The notes beneath the pieces were generated by a model. That model was not told the DNA's origin. It was given only the letters and a program-made list of their open reading frames with translations, and did not search any database. The translations under genes and the position numbers were made by a program. A stretch of 64,000 nt of DNA from a virus, in the IMG/VR virus record IMGVR_UViG_3300020120_000133, positions 1-64,000 of that record. One strand, 5' to 3'. Below, in pieces: positions 51,752-61,023 of the stretch; position 1 is the stretch's first letter; every line of letters starts with the position of its first letter.

Positions 51752-52184
51752 TTATTCGCCGCCGATGGGCACGATGAGATGGATCGATTGGGGATCGCCC
51801 TCTATGCCGGTGCCATCCGGATGCGGGTCGTGGACAAGCCTCCAATTCGCGCCGTTCACGTTCGCCACAATGGCGTGGTTAGTGCCCCCGCGAGGACTCT
51901 TGCCGAACATGAGTACTGGCTGGCATCCAGTGGGCAGGTGCATGGTGCAAGGTTTCAATGAACGTGTCGCCCCAATCGTGCGAACCGGCGAATTTGATGG
52001 CGATGCGCCGTAGGCCGCGAGAGTGAAGGAATTCGTCGATCGCGGTCTCGAATTCCTGCGCCGGCAAATCGCGAAACGCGGGAACTTCGTCCAGCTTCAA
52101 ATCGAGGATCGACGCGATGGCGGCTTGGACGCAGTTGCCCTTGCCGTGCGTGGCAACAAACTGGGTCTGGAACACCGGAGTCAT
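51752..52184 (-). pseudogene. Papain-like cysteine-peptidase-like gene split by a frameshift
   Basis: N-terminal frame (51879..52184) contains HGKGNCVQAAIASILDL (Cys context). The C-terminal frame (51752..51958) contains GGTNHAIVANV...LVHDPHP (His/Asp context). The two frames overlap by about 80 nt. Confidence 0.4.
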
Positions 52185-52522
52185 ACGATTTGCCCGTCGC
52201 GGACGCACCCATGCCAGTGACCGGATTTGCTGGCATCCACCGAAGGCGAGAGGGTCATTGTGTCAAACGTGTCGCCGGTGCGCTGCCACATATGGCCGGG
52301 CGGAACGTCGAACGTGCCGAGTTCATGAACATGCCGGAGTTTCTCGGCTTCGGTCATTTCGATGCCGGGATGGCCTTCAACTGGGTTCGCAAACTGGACG
52401 CCCAATCGGACGGCTTGGCCCGATCGGCACTTCTCGCACGGGCAAAGGAACGTAAGGCCATCCCTGTTGGTTCCAACGCCCGGAACATCAAACCAGCGAG
52501 GATCGAGATCGGTCAGTTTCAT
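52181..52522 (-). CDS. Small Cys-containing protein with an SPSV...HWHG motif (DUF6527-like)
   Basis: LTFLCPCEKC...MTLSPSVDASKSGHWHGCVRDGQIV. Confidence 0.5.
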   Translation of the reverse strand: MKLTDLDPRWFDVPGVGTNRDGLTFLCPCEKCRSGQAVRLGVQFANPVEGHPGIEMTEAEKLRHVHELGTFDVPPGHMWQRTGDTFDTMTLSPSVDASKSGHWHGCVRDGQIV

Positions 52523-52917
52523 ACGCGCCTCAGAAATCCATCCTCAAGCATCCCGTGATAATCACCGGCTTGAATCGATCCGCCGCCAGCCGCGCAGGTC
52601 TCGCAACCCTGCTTGTTCACCGTAATATCCGGCGGTTCGCCGTGCCGGCACCAGCAACGGTGGGACCTGTCGCCCTTGCGCGTGCAGTTGTTGCACTCGC
52701 CATCGATGTTCCAGCTCCGGCCATTGGGCAACTTCACCGTCAATCCCCAAGGGAACCTCACCATCGCGCCAGCGGGCGCGTCTTTGAACTCCATCTCTTC
52801 GCCCGTGTCCTTGCGGCGATAGATTGGTGCCGAGCACGTTCCGCCCCCGTCCGCCGTCCATTCGCGCTCGCGCCCGGTCGGTTCCAGCAGGAAACATTTG
52901 ACGCGATCGTCGCTCAT
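52519..52917 (-). CDS. Cys-rich small protein, distant paralogue of the DUF6527-like proteins
   Basis: CNNCTRKGDRSHRCWC...CETCAAGGGSIQAGDYHGMLEDGFL. Confidence 0.45.
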   Translation of the reverse strand: MSDDRVKCFLLEPTGREREWTADGGGTCSAPIYRRKDTGEEMEFKDAPAGAMVRFPWGLTVKLPNGRSWNIDGECNNCTRKGDRSHRCWCRHGEPPDITVNKQGCETCAAGGGSIQAGDYHGMLEDGFLRRV

Positions 52918-53429
52918 GACATGCGTATCGGACGGTCGTACAGGAACTCGACGACCGCGACGAACCGGGCGAACGGGAAATTCATCGCGTCATCCCCCAC
53001 GATTCCGGTGACGTGGTGATCGATGCAACTCACTTCCGGCAGCGCCAAGGCCGCGACCGCATTCTTGATCTTGATATCGGGGTCTAGGGCGTCTTTCAGG
53101 TCCTCTTGGAGATCGGACAGGACCTCATCCAGCGTCCTGTCGGCCTGCCGCTCGTCATCGGTCAACTGCACCAATCCGAACACCTTGTACTGCCGCTTAT
53201 AGCGCCGCCGCCCGCCGACCACCATATCGGTCTCGGTCTCGCCGCCGGGGAACAGCCCGACCCCACGGCACAGCTTCCGGAACGCATCCTGCTTGTCCCC
53301 CTGGAACTTCGTCGGATCGCCGCCCCGGATGCACACAACTCCACGGCTTCGATAGCCGTTCTCAATCGATATTTGGCCGATCATGTGTTCGGCCCCACGC
53401 ATCACCCTTGTGAGATTGGTCTCGGGCAT
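52914..53429 (-). CDS. Neck / tail-terminator-like protein (by position)
   Basis: ORF-track ORF in the head-tail joining block. TGATG overlap upstream. Confidence 0.4.
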   Translation of the reverse strand: MPETNLTRVMRGAEHMIGQISIENGYRSRGVVCIRGGDPTKFQGDKQDAFRKLCRGVGLFPGGETETDMVVGGRRRYKRQYKVFGLVQLTDDERQADRTLDEVLSDLQEDLKDALDPDIKIKNAVAALALPEVSCIDHHVTGIVGDDAMNFPFARFVAVVEFLYDRPIRMS

Positions 53430-54085
53430 CAGACAACCCTCGCGTTAATTCTGGACGCCACAGCCTCGCCCGCAGCCGCCGCCTTGCGCTCCAACTCAAC
53501 CTTCGTGGCGTCGAGAAACCGGTTGCCGATGACACCGGGATGGTTGACGTATGGGACCTCAACAAAGTCATTGAAGCTGGGGTTCAGGAACCGCGCCGCG
53601 CCGACGCCAGCTTCCACGAACGCGATTCCCGCGAACTTGCTGCGCCTCTCCCCGATGCTGGCGGGAAACTGCAGGAACGCCGCCTCCGATGCCGCGATCG
53701 GGTGGGGCCGCGCCCCATTCAGCAGGATCGACAGCAGCGCCTTACCCTCGATCGGGTAGGTCTTGGTGCTGAACGGCGCCCGCGACTTCGTTTGGAACGT
53801 CATGTTCTCGGCTTCGCTGTAGACCTCGACCGCGACCGACCCGTCCGGCGATGTTTCGGGATCCGTCGCCTTCCACATCGGGGCCAAGAAGACGTGCCCG
53901 ATGCCGGTTTCCAAGCCGTAGAGGAATTCGACCGCGTCCTTCCCCAACTCTTCGGCGAGTTGCCGCGATTCCGTCGTCGCGGCGTTTTTCAGGCTGTTGA
54001 ACGCGAAATCGACGCTTTCGCGATCCAGGATGATTTGCAGGGTCGGTTTGCCCGTCAGCGCCACTGGGTCACCTGCTTCTGCCAA
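53429..54085 (-). CDS. Head-tail joining protein (by position)
   Basis: ORF-track ORF between the capsid and tail genes. Confidence 0.4.
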   Translation of the reverse strand: MAEAGDPVALTGKPTLQIILDRESVDFAFNSLKNAATTESRQLAEELGKDAVEFLYGLETGIGHVFLAPMWKATDPETSPDGSVAVEVYSEAENMTFQTKSRAPFSTKTYPIEGKALLSILLNGARPHPIAASEAAFLQFPASIGERRSKFAGIAFVEAGVGAARFLNPSFNDFVEVPYVNHPGVIGNRFLDATKVELERKAAAAGEAVASRINARVV

Positions 54086-54800
54086 GCCTCAGCAGCTCGC
54101 TTTGATACTTCGCCTCGTAGCGGTCCCGCTGCGCCGTCATGGTCTTGAGCCGCTGGTCCGTCGCCCCGAGCATCTGGATGTTCTGGGTCATCGGATCCGA
54201 ACCCCGGCGGTTCAATGCCGCGTTCAAGATCGCGGCACAGCAGGCGCTTTGCAGCGCGATCTCGGCCTCCGTCGGCAGCGATTCGATCGAATAGCCGGTC
54301 ACGGTGTAGCGCACCGCGACCCAGCAGGTTTCAAGGGGGACGGGCATCAACCGCAGCGTGTCGCCGATCGTCTCCCAGTCGTAGCGGTCCATGCGCGACG
54401 AGCGCTGCAACTGAATGATGGTCCTGAAAACGTCAGCTTGCAGACCGGCCGGGATGATCGCCATATCATTGAACGGCCTTCCCATCCGCACGATGTCGTT
54501 GGGATCATCCATCAGGTAATCCCCGACGTAGGCGTCGCTGCGGATCACTTCCTCGATCTCATAGACATCGGTGCCGACGACCCCGGCGATGCTGTAATCC
54601 TGCTGGTTGACGACGGCCTGGAAGATGATTTCTTTCAGTCCGGACGAACCCCCGAAGATTCGGTTGAGGTCCCGGATCGCCGTTTTCATCTCCGCGACGA
54701 TCGCGGCGTCGTCGATGGAGGTCTCGCCAGCACCAGCATCGGTCTTGTTGCCGGTGATGGCGCGGGCCGCTGCGATGATCTCCGTGGCGCTCAGGGACAT
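54069..54800 (-). CDS. Head-tail connector/adaptor-like protein (by position)
   Basis: ATG 54800 behind GGTGGAGAAT. First gene after the capsid terminator. Confidence 0.4.
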   Translation of the reverse strand: MSLSATEIIAAARAITGNKTDAGAGETSIDDAAIVAEMKTAIRDLNRIFGGSSGLKEIIFQAVVNQQDYSIAGVVGTDVYEIEEVIRSDAYVGDYLMDDPNDIVRMGRPFNDMAIIPAGLQADVFRTIIQLQRSSRMDRYDWETIGDTLRLMPVPLETCWVAVRYTVTGYSIESLPTEAEIALQSACCAAILNAALNRRGSDPMTQNIQMLGATDQRLKTMTAQRDRYEAKYQSELLRLGRSR

Positions 54801-54810
54801 ATTCTCCACC

Positions 54811-54846
54811 AATAAAGACGCCCCCGACGGGTAAATGCCGGGGGCG
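54811..54846 (-). terminator. Rho-independent terminator/attenuator after the major capsid gene
   Basis: Minus strand CGCCCCCG-gcatttacccgt-CGGGGGCG followed by TCTTTATT. Confidence 0.7.
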
Positions 54847-54874
54847 ACGAGCGAGTGTAAGAGCTTCGTGAAAT

Positions 54875-56182
54875 TTAGACCGCGTCGCTGATCGTGATCT
54901 CTGCATAGACCTCGCCGAGAATGTTGGCGTCGGTGTTGACACCGTCCGGCTTGGTGATGCCGAAGCGGGTGTAGCCGCCCTTGGTCCGCTTGAGGGTGCG
55001 GGGATCGACGAAGTCGTCGGCCATGCCCCACATGCGGTAGGGGTTCCAGAAGATCGACGGTTCCATCTCCATCTGCGGCCGGTAGCCGAGATAGATTTTG
55101 TTCGTGTTGATCATCGGGGCGATCAGGATGCGGAGGCCGCCGTTGTCCATCAGGCCGAGGTCCCGGATCGCACCGGTGCGCTGATCGATGTTGGAGTCAT
55201 CGACGCGGATCGGATCGAAGGTCTTGACCGACGAGATGTCCGTCGCCGCATTGGAGCCGCAGACCGCGAAGTTCGGGCGCACGTAACGCTTGTCGTAAAT
55301 CTTCTGCATCGCCGGCAGGAAGGCGTTGGCCCAAATCTGTTCGCGCCACGCGCTCTGTTCGCTGGGGGCCAGACCGGCCCAAGCGACGGAGTTGATCGTG
55401 GGGGTGCGCTTCCAGGTGACCTTGTTGGCCGCCGGGACTGCCGCGACCATCGCGGCGATCATGACGGAGTCGACCGCGAGCTTGACGTGGTAGGCCATGC
55501 GCTCCGACATCACGGCGTTGTAGTCGCGGCCGTACTGGGAAGCGTAGTCCTCTTCGGTCTGCAGCGCCGAGATCGCCGAGACGCCGTAGGTGTCGGCCGA
55601 GATATCGATCGAGTCCATCGACATCTTCAGCAGCCCGAGGTTGTCGAGCTGGTTGGCCTGCTTGAAGAACGCGGCATTGAACTTCGTCAGATCGGCGGTG
55701 TTGTCGCCGGTCAGGATGTTCGGGGACGAGGACGCGAAGGCGTTGTCGTACAGCACGTTCTCGAAGAACACGCGCGCGGTCGGGCCGGTCATCGGGATGA
55801 CCGGGAACAACTGCGGGGTGATGAGATCGGGATACGCGCGGGTGATGACCCGGAGAAGCTGCCGCGTGAAGTTCGGAATGTCGGTTCCCGCGAGCGTCGC
55901 TTCCTTGTGGAGAACCGAGGGCAACGTGACGCCGAGGTTTCGCAGCATCATCGCCATGCCGAGCTTGTAGGTGGCCTCGAAGCGCTTGCGAATCGGCTTG
56001 CTGCCGGGCATCCGCGAGTTCCAATCGACCGCTTCGATGAACGGCCGGAACTTCCGCAGCAGCCCCGCCGCTTCGAAGCTCAGGGTGCCGGCGTCGAGGA
56101 TCGCCGAGTTCTGGAAATCCTCGATCTCGGCCGGGAGTCCGGCTGAAACGGCTTTTTCAAAGATGGTAAGCGTGTCGATCAT
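54875..56182 (-). CDS. Major capsid protein
   Basis: Start at ATG 56182 behind ACAGGAGATC. 435-aa protein directly after the protease/scaffold gene and followed by an attenuator. The N-terminal extension in the track looks like junk. Confidence 0.7.
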   Translation of the reverse strand: MIDTLTIFEKAVSAGLPAEIEDFQNSAILDAGTLSFEAAGLLRKFRPFIEAVDWNSRMPGSKPIRKRFEATYKLGMAMMLRNLGVTLPSVLHKEATLAGTDIPNFTRQLLRVITRAYPDLITPQLFPVIPMTGPTARVFFENVLYDNAFASSSPNILTGDNTADLTKFNAAFFKQANQLDNLGLLKMSMDSIDISADTYGVSAISALQTEEDYASQYGRDYNAVMSERMAYHVKLAVDSVMIAAMVAAVPAANKVTWKRTPTINSVAWAGLAPSEQSAWREQIWANAFLPAMQKIYDKRYVRPNFAVCGSNAATDISSVKTFDPIRVDDSNIDQRTGAIRDLGLMDNGGLRILIAPMINTNKIYLGYRPQMEMEPSIFWNPYRMWGMADDFVDPRTLKRTKGGYTRFGITKPDGVNTDANILGEVYAEITISDAV

Positions 56183-56237
56183 CGGACGATCTCCTGTTGT
56201 TGCCTTCACAGACGCTGCGGTCGGGTTTTTGCCGATC

Positions 56238-57929
56238 TCAGGCGAGACGCAGTTCGCGGCGCACGGCTTCGACTTCCTCGTCCTGGCCGGGCTTCGGTTC
56301 CACCGGATCGATGCCGGTGATCGCATGGAGCGGGTTGGTTCGCTTGGAGCCGATCACCGCGTCGTATTCGGCGGTCTTTTCCTTGATGAACGCCGTGGCC
56401 TTGGCGACGTCGAAATCCGCGCTGTCGATCAGGCCCTTGCCGTCCTTGTCCGCGATCTTGGCGCCGATGACGGCGGCGTACTTGTCGTCCTTCAGCAGCG
56501 CGGGCAGCGCCTTCGTGACCTCAGCGCGGCGGGCGAGGTCCTTGTTGGCCGCTTCCTGGGCTTCGAGCTTGCCCTTCAGTTCTGCGGCCTCGTCGGTCGC
56601 CTTCTTGGTCGCGGCCTCGGCGTCGATCGCCTTTTTCTCCGCGTCCTTGAGTTCCTGCTTCAAGCCGGCGATCTCGTCGGCCAGCGGCTTCGTCGCCTCT
56701 TGGGCGGCGTCCTTCTTGGCCTGTTCGACGACCTGCAGGTGCTGGGCGAAAACGGCCCCATGCTGCGCTTCGAGTTCCTTGAGGTCTTTCATGTCCACGG
56801 TCTCCGTGTTGAGTGCTTGATCGGTACTGTCCCGCTTAGACGCTGGGGGTGTGCCGCCGGGCATCACGGCATCGACAACCGAGGGGTTATCCACCGGGTC
56901 GATCGCGATGAGTTCCCAATCGGGATTGATGACGACGACGCCGTCATCGACGCCGTCCTTCAGCCCGTATTTGGTCTTCTCTTCCGGGGTCGGGAAGTGG
57001 GCCGATCCGTAGCCCCGGGTGCTGAAACCGATCCCCCGGCCGGCGTCGATCAAAGCCTGCAAATCGGCGCCGCAGGTGTGGCCGACGATGCTCTCGAAAT
57101 CGCCCCGGACATCCCCGGCGGTCATCATTTCGAGGCCGCGCCAGATGATTGCCGCGTCCTTGAGGGGGTCGTAGCTGTGATCGAGACATCCCCCCATCAT
57201 CCCGGCCGCCATCTTGGCCTTGGCCCGCTCCAGTTGGACGGCCCAAACGGCTTCGGGGTAAATCCGCCGATTCCCGTTGACCTTATTTGCCTGCCCGACC
57301 TTGACGCCCTCGTATCGCGGGTTCGTGCCGGCGGCTTCGGATTTGCCCGACCCCGACGCCTTGAAGACATCGACCGCCGATTCGATCAGCTCGTAGCGGT
57401 TGCCGGATTCGCACAGGATCCGGTTCTGTTCGCGGGCATCCAGTCGCCGCCACTGCTCCGGTTCGATCGATTCCTTGGCCGCGAAGGTCGCGCCGCACTC
57501 GGCGCATTTCATCATCCCGGGCTTCCCCGGAACCGCCGAGACTTCATCGCTGCCGCAGTCCGGACAGACCTGCTTGGCCGATGCCGATTCCCCCATCTGC
57601 TGCATCAGGTTCGCGCAAGCCGATGAGATCGCGGAAAGACCCTGCTGGCTGGCGCGGCTGTGGGCGGCGGCGACGCCACGGCGGAAAATCTTGATCTCGC
57701 CGCCGACTTTCTTGGCGAACGGGTATTTGTACCGCCCCTTGGTTTTGTCGCTGACGCTGCCGTCCTCGCCGAGATGGCACTTCGCGTAGGTCGTCCAGTC
57801 GTCGCCGTTGGGACCCAAGAGTGCGTCGCCGTCGGCACCGCTGAAACTCCAACTGCCCTTTTCGATCTTGCCGTCTTTGACGAGTTCGTGGGCGTAATCG
57901 ACGCCGGCTTGATAAAGTTTGACAGCCAT
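56238..57929 (-). CDS. Prohead protease / scaffold fusion protein
   Basis: NKVNGNRRIYPEAVW resembles the prohead-protease motif. The C-terminal ~200 aa is Ala/Lys/Glu coiled coil (scaffold-like). A zinc-ribbon-like CPDCG...CAECG insert is present. Confidence 0.6.
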   Translation of the reverse strand: MAVKLYQAGVDYAHELVKDGKIEKGSWSFSGADGDALLGPNGDDWTTYAKCHLGEDGSVSDKTKGRYKYPFAKKVGGEIKIFRRGVAAAHSRASQQGLSAISSACANLMQQMGESASAKQVCPDCGSDEVSAVPGKPGMMKCAECGATFAAKESIEPEQWRRLDAREQNRILCESGNRYELIESAVDVFKASGSGKSEAAGTNPRYEGVKVGQANKVNGNRRIYPEAVWAVQLERAKAKMAAGMMGGCLDHSYDPLKDAAIIWRGLEMMTAGDVRGDFESIVGHTCGADLQALIDAGRGIGFSTRGYGSAHFPTPEEKTKYGLKDGVDDGVVVINPDWELIAIDPVDNPSVVDAVMPGGTPPASKRDSTDQALNTETVDMKDLKELEAQHGAVFAQHLQVVEQAKKDAAQEATKPLADEIAGLKQELKDAEKKAIDAEAATKKATDEAAELKGKLEAQEAANKDLARRAEVTKALPALLKDDKYAAVIGAKIADKDGKGLIDSADFDVAKATAFIKEKTAEYDAVIGSKRTNPLHAITGIDPVEPKPGQDEEVEAVRRELRLA

Positions 57930-57948
57930 CTTGGCGTCCTCAGACGCC

Positions 57949-60900
57949 TTAAAGCGGTTCCCCCGTCGCGCTCGGCAACTCGAAAGTCCCCTGATTCGGA
58001 ACCGTGAAGGTCACGTCAGAACCATTTCCAACGCCGTAGACGTAGATGCCGCCGCGATAGGCTTCGAACTGCAGCAGGTCGCCGGCGCCGACGGTTTCCT
58101 CGTTCAGATGGGTCGAATATCCGCCCGGCGATCCCGGCGGCGGTGTCGTCAGCCGCCAGCGGTACAGCGCGTCGGCGTCGCGGTTGGTGACGAAACAGGT
58201 GCATTTCAGGGGGTCGGGCGACGGCGTCACCGTCTTGGGCGTCATCGAAATGGTCTTCGTCCCAGCGTTGCTCGATACCACGACCGTCGCGCTGCCGAAT
58301 TGGTAGCCCGTCGCCGCCGCCGTGATCGTGTAGGTCAGTGCATCGACGGTGTGGAATGTCGCGTTGCCGCTGCTGTCGGTGACTTCATCGTAGCCGGTGG
58401 CGCCGTTTTGAAGATGAACTTCTACGCCTTGGATCGCGGCGCTGCCGTCGTTGACCGTGATCACGACCGTCGCTGGCCCGGTCCCGGCACCGCCACTTCC
58501 GCCGCCGCTATTCAGTTTCGCGCCAGTCGTCCCGGCGGTGAGATGATCGGCCATCGCTTCGTCCCAAACGGCGTCGGCGACATCGGCCGCGCTGCTGCCG
58601 ATCCAGGCGAGGTCGCCGCGATCGCGCAGGGCTTCCAGCGAATCGGTCGCCGGGTCGAACGTGCCGCCGACATCCGAGGGCGTCGTCGCGGTCTTGCTGA
58701 AGGCTGATTTCAGGAACCCGAGGATCGTGTTGACCCCGCTGCCCGTGAAACTGCCGACGCGGTTCATCAGGGTCGATAGGTTCGTCGAGATCGTCGCGAT
58801 GGTTGTGTTGTCTGGCGCGGTATAGCCGCTGGTCGCGAGGCGCGTGCTGGTCGCGACATCGGTTCGAGTGAGGATCGTCCCGATGCTGGTGTTGTCGGGC
58901 GCGGTGTAGGAAGTCGTCGCCAGCCGACTGCCGACAGTCGCGTTGAGGTTCGTCGAAATCGTTCCCTGCGCCGTGATGGCATTCGGCGAATCCGCCGCGT
59001 TCGTCGCGATGAGATCGGTCTTCGCCTTGATCGCCGCCGTTGTCGCCGTCAATTCGGCATCCTGAATTTCCGTGGCATCGGAGACTGAGAACGGAACCGC
59101 TCCGACCGCCCATGTCGCATCGAAGATGGCTTCCTGCGCCGTATCGGTGCTGGCGACCGTAAAGGTGACCTTGTAGCGGCCCAGCGCGATCAGCGTCATG
59201 GTCGTGCTGCCGAGGCTCGAATCCAAACTGCTTCCGGCGGGATTTCGCGCATGGATCGTCGGTGCCGCGTCCGGCGCTTCAAGCTGGCCTTGCAGGTTGT
59301 AGACATTGAGGTCGATTTCATAACTCGTCGATCCCGCAGCCGGGCGCACCAGCCAATACGGGAGAACGAGGCGACCGCGCGCCGTGTTCGTCGTGATCGC
59401 GTTGACGGCGTTGAGGATCGTCGTCTGGCTCGCCGCCGTCCCGACCGCGTTGCCGCTGGCATCGACGACTCGCGCGCCGGTCCCGGTGATCGCACTGATC
59501 CCGCCGCCGAGGACCTTGCCGCCGACATCGCCGGAGACATTCCCGCTGATGGTCACGGCCCAAGTGTCGTCGGCTTCGTTGAACTGCTGGATCATCGTGT
59601 CCAGAGTCCCGTCTCTCGAAATCGGGTTGAATTTGACGCCACCGAAGCCCGCAATAAGGTGCATTCCATCGGACACGCCAGCGGTCCCGCCGGTAACAAA
59701 CATCCCGTGTTTGCTGGTGCCGTTGGCGGTCGCGACGATGCCATGACCCGCAGTCGGCGTGATGTTCAATCCGTTGCCGGAGGTCGTCGTCACATAGAGG
59801 CCATCCCCGCTCGTCCCGCCTCCGATCCATCTCATGCCCGCGCCGGTTGCGCCGCCGTCCGCCTCCATGCCGTTCCCCGTTCCATTGCCGATGACGTGGA
59901 AGCCGTGATAGCCGGTCCCCTGCGCCTCTGCCCGCAAACCCGATCCGCTTGTCGCCCCGCCGATCAGATACATGCCGCGCCCGGTTGCGCCGCCCGTTGA
60001 TTTGAAGCCGTTGCCCGTGCCATTACCCGACAGCACCATCGCGTTGCCGTTACCGCCGGAACTGGTGATCGTGAAGGCGTCGCCGGAAGCGTTGGAGATT
60101 GTCAATCCGGCGGTAGCCGACACGGCGCCAGCGAAAGTCACGTTCCCCGAACACGACAGTGAAGTGAGTGAGATGTTGGCGGCATAAGAAACGACGCCAG
60201 CATGACTGACCGTGCCCGAGAAAGTGGTGTTGCCAGCAATGGAGAGGGACGAACCCAACGAGACCGCGCCTGCGAGTGTCGTCGCGCCGGAGTTGTTCAG
60301 CGAAGAAAGCGTGACGCCCGCAAAGGTCGTATTGCCCGCGACCGAGAGGGACGACGAAAGCACGACGGCGCCAGCGTGGGTGGTGTTGCCGGTCACGTTG
60401 AGAGAGGTCATCGTGAAGGCGCCGATATGGTCGTATGTCTGCGGCCCGGTAACGTCACCAGCCGCAATCGTCGCAGCCGGTTTCAGGCTGCTGTTCAGCG
60501 CCGGGGCTTCGATCGCTCGAATCGCAAAGACGCTTCCGCTCGCCGGATTCGTAATCCAGTTCCAATCGACCGTCGCGGCCTTGGTGGTTCCGTTGTATGC
60601 CGTGCAGACGCGCGATTGCCCGGCGCCCGTTCCCGCCGTAACCGTGAGGATGCACCCCTTGTAGATGTCCGTGGTCGCCGATGCCGATGCGTCGAGCGTG
60701 ATGCCGCTGTTCGTCCCGCCCTGCGCCTGACCGCTGCGGAGCGGATCGGACAAGGCGTTCCACACGAAACTGCCGGTGATAATCCCGCCGACCGTGGCGT
60801 AAACGAAAAGCTGCGAGTTGTCGCCCGAAACAAGCGTTGGAAGCGTGACCGTCAGCTTGTAGGTTCCAGTGACGAGACCACTGGCAACCGTAACGGCGTT

Positions 60901-61023
60901 GGCGCTGGCGGTGCCGTTGACGACCAGTGTTGCGGCTGGGGTGCTGTCGGCATTGACGAGCGCGCCAGTCCCGCTATTAACCGAGTGTTGGTGCGTGAGG
61001 GTTGCGCCGCCGACTGCGTTCAT
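57949..61023 (-). CDS. Fibre-like structural protein (1024 aa) with Gly-rich repeats and a CarboxypepD_reg-like domain
   Basis: Repeats such as GNGTGNG..GGATG.GM. VITVNDGSAAIQGVEVHLQNGATGY...SGNATF is the carboxypeptidase-regulatory-like pattern. Confidence 0.6.
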   Translation of the reverse strand: MNAVGGATLTHQHSVNSGTGALVNADSTPAATLVVNGTASANAVTVASGLVTGTYKLTVTLPTLVSGDNSQLFVYATVGGIITGSFVWNALSDPLRSGQAQGGTNSGITLDASASATTDIYKGCILTVTAGTGAGQSRVCTAYNGTTKAATVDWNWITNPASGSVFAIRAIEAPALNSSLKPAATIAAGDVTGPQTYDHIGAFTMTSLNVTGNTTHAGAVVLSSSLSVAGNTTFAGVTLSSLNNSGATTLAGAVSLGSSLSIAGNTTFSGTVSHAGVVSYAANISLTSLSCSGNVTFAGAVSATAGLTISNASGDAFTITSSGGNGNAMVLSGNGTGNGFKSTGGATGRGMYLIGGATSGSGLRAEAQGTGYHGFHVIGNGTGNGMEADGGATGAGMRWIGGGTSGDGLYVTTTSGNGLNITPTAGHGIVATANGTSKHGMFVTGGTAGVSDGMHLIAGFGGVKFNPISRDGTLDTMIQQFNEADDTWAVTISGNVSGDVGGKVLGGGISAITGTGARVVDASGNAVGTAASQTTILNAVNAITTNTARGRLVLPYWLVRPAAGSTSYEIDLNVYNLQGQLEAPDAAPTIHARNPAGSSLDSSLGSTTMTLIALGRYKVTFTVASTDTAQEAIFDATWAVGAVPFSVSDATEIQDAELTATTAAIKAKTDLIATNAADSPNAITAQGTISTNLNATVGSRLATTSYTAPDNTSIGTILTRTDVATSTRLATSGYTAPDNTTIATISTNLSTLMNRVGSFTGSGVNTILGFLKSAFSKTATTPSDVGGTFDPATDSLEALRDRGDLAWIGSSAADVADAVWDEAMADHLTAGTTGAKLNSGGGSGGAGTGPATVVITVNDGSAAIQGVEVHLQNGATGYDEVTDSSGNATFHTVDALTYTITAAATGYQFGSATVVVSSNAGTKTISMTPKTVTPSPDPLKCTCFVTNRDADALYRWRLTTPPPGSPGGYSTHLNEETVGAGDLLQFEAYRGGIYVYGVGNGSDVTFTVPNQGTFELPSATGEPL

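Noticed and set aside
55971-57626. 551-aa plus-strand ORF
   Set aside because: It is antisense to the protease/scaffold gene and is a shadow ORF.
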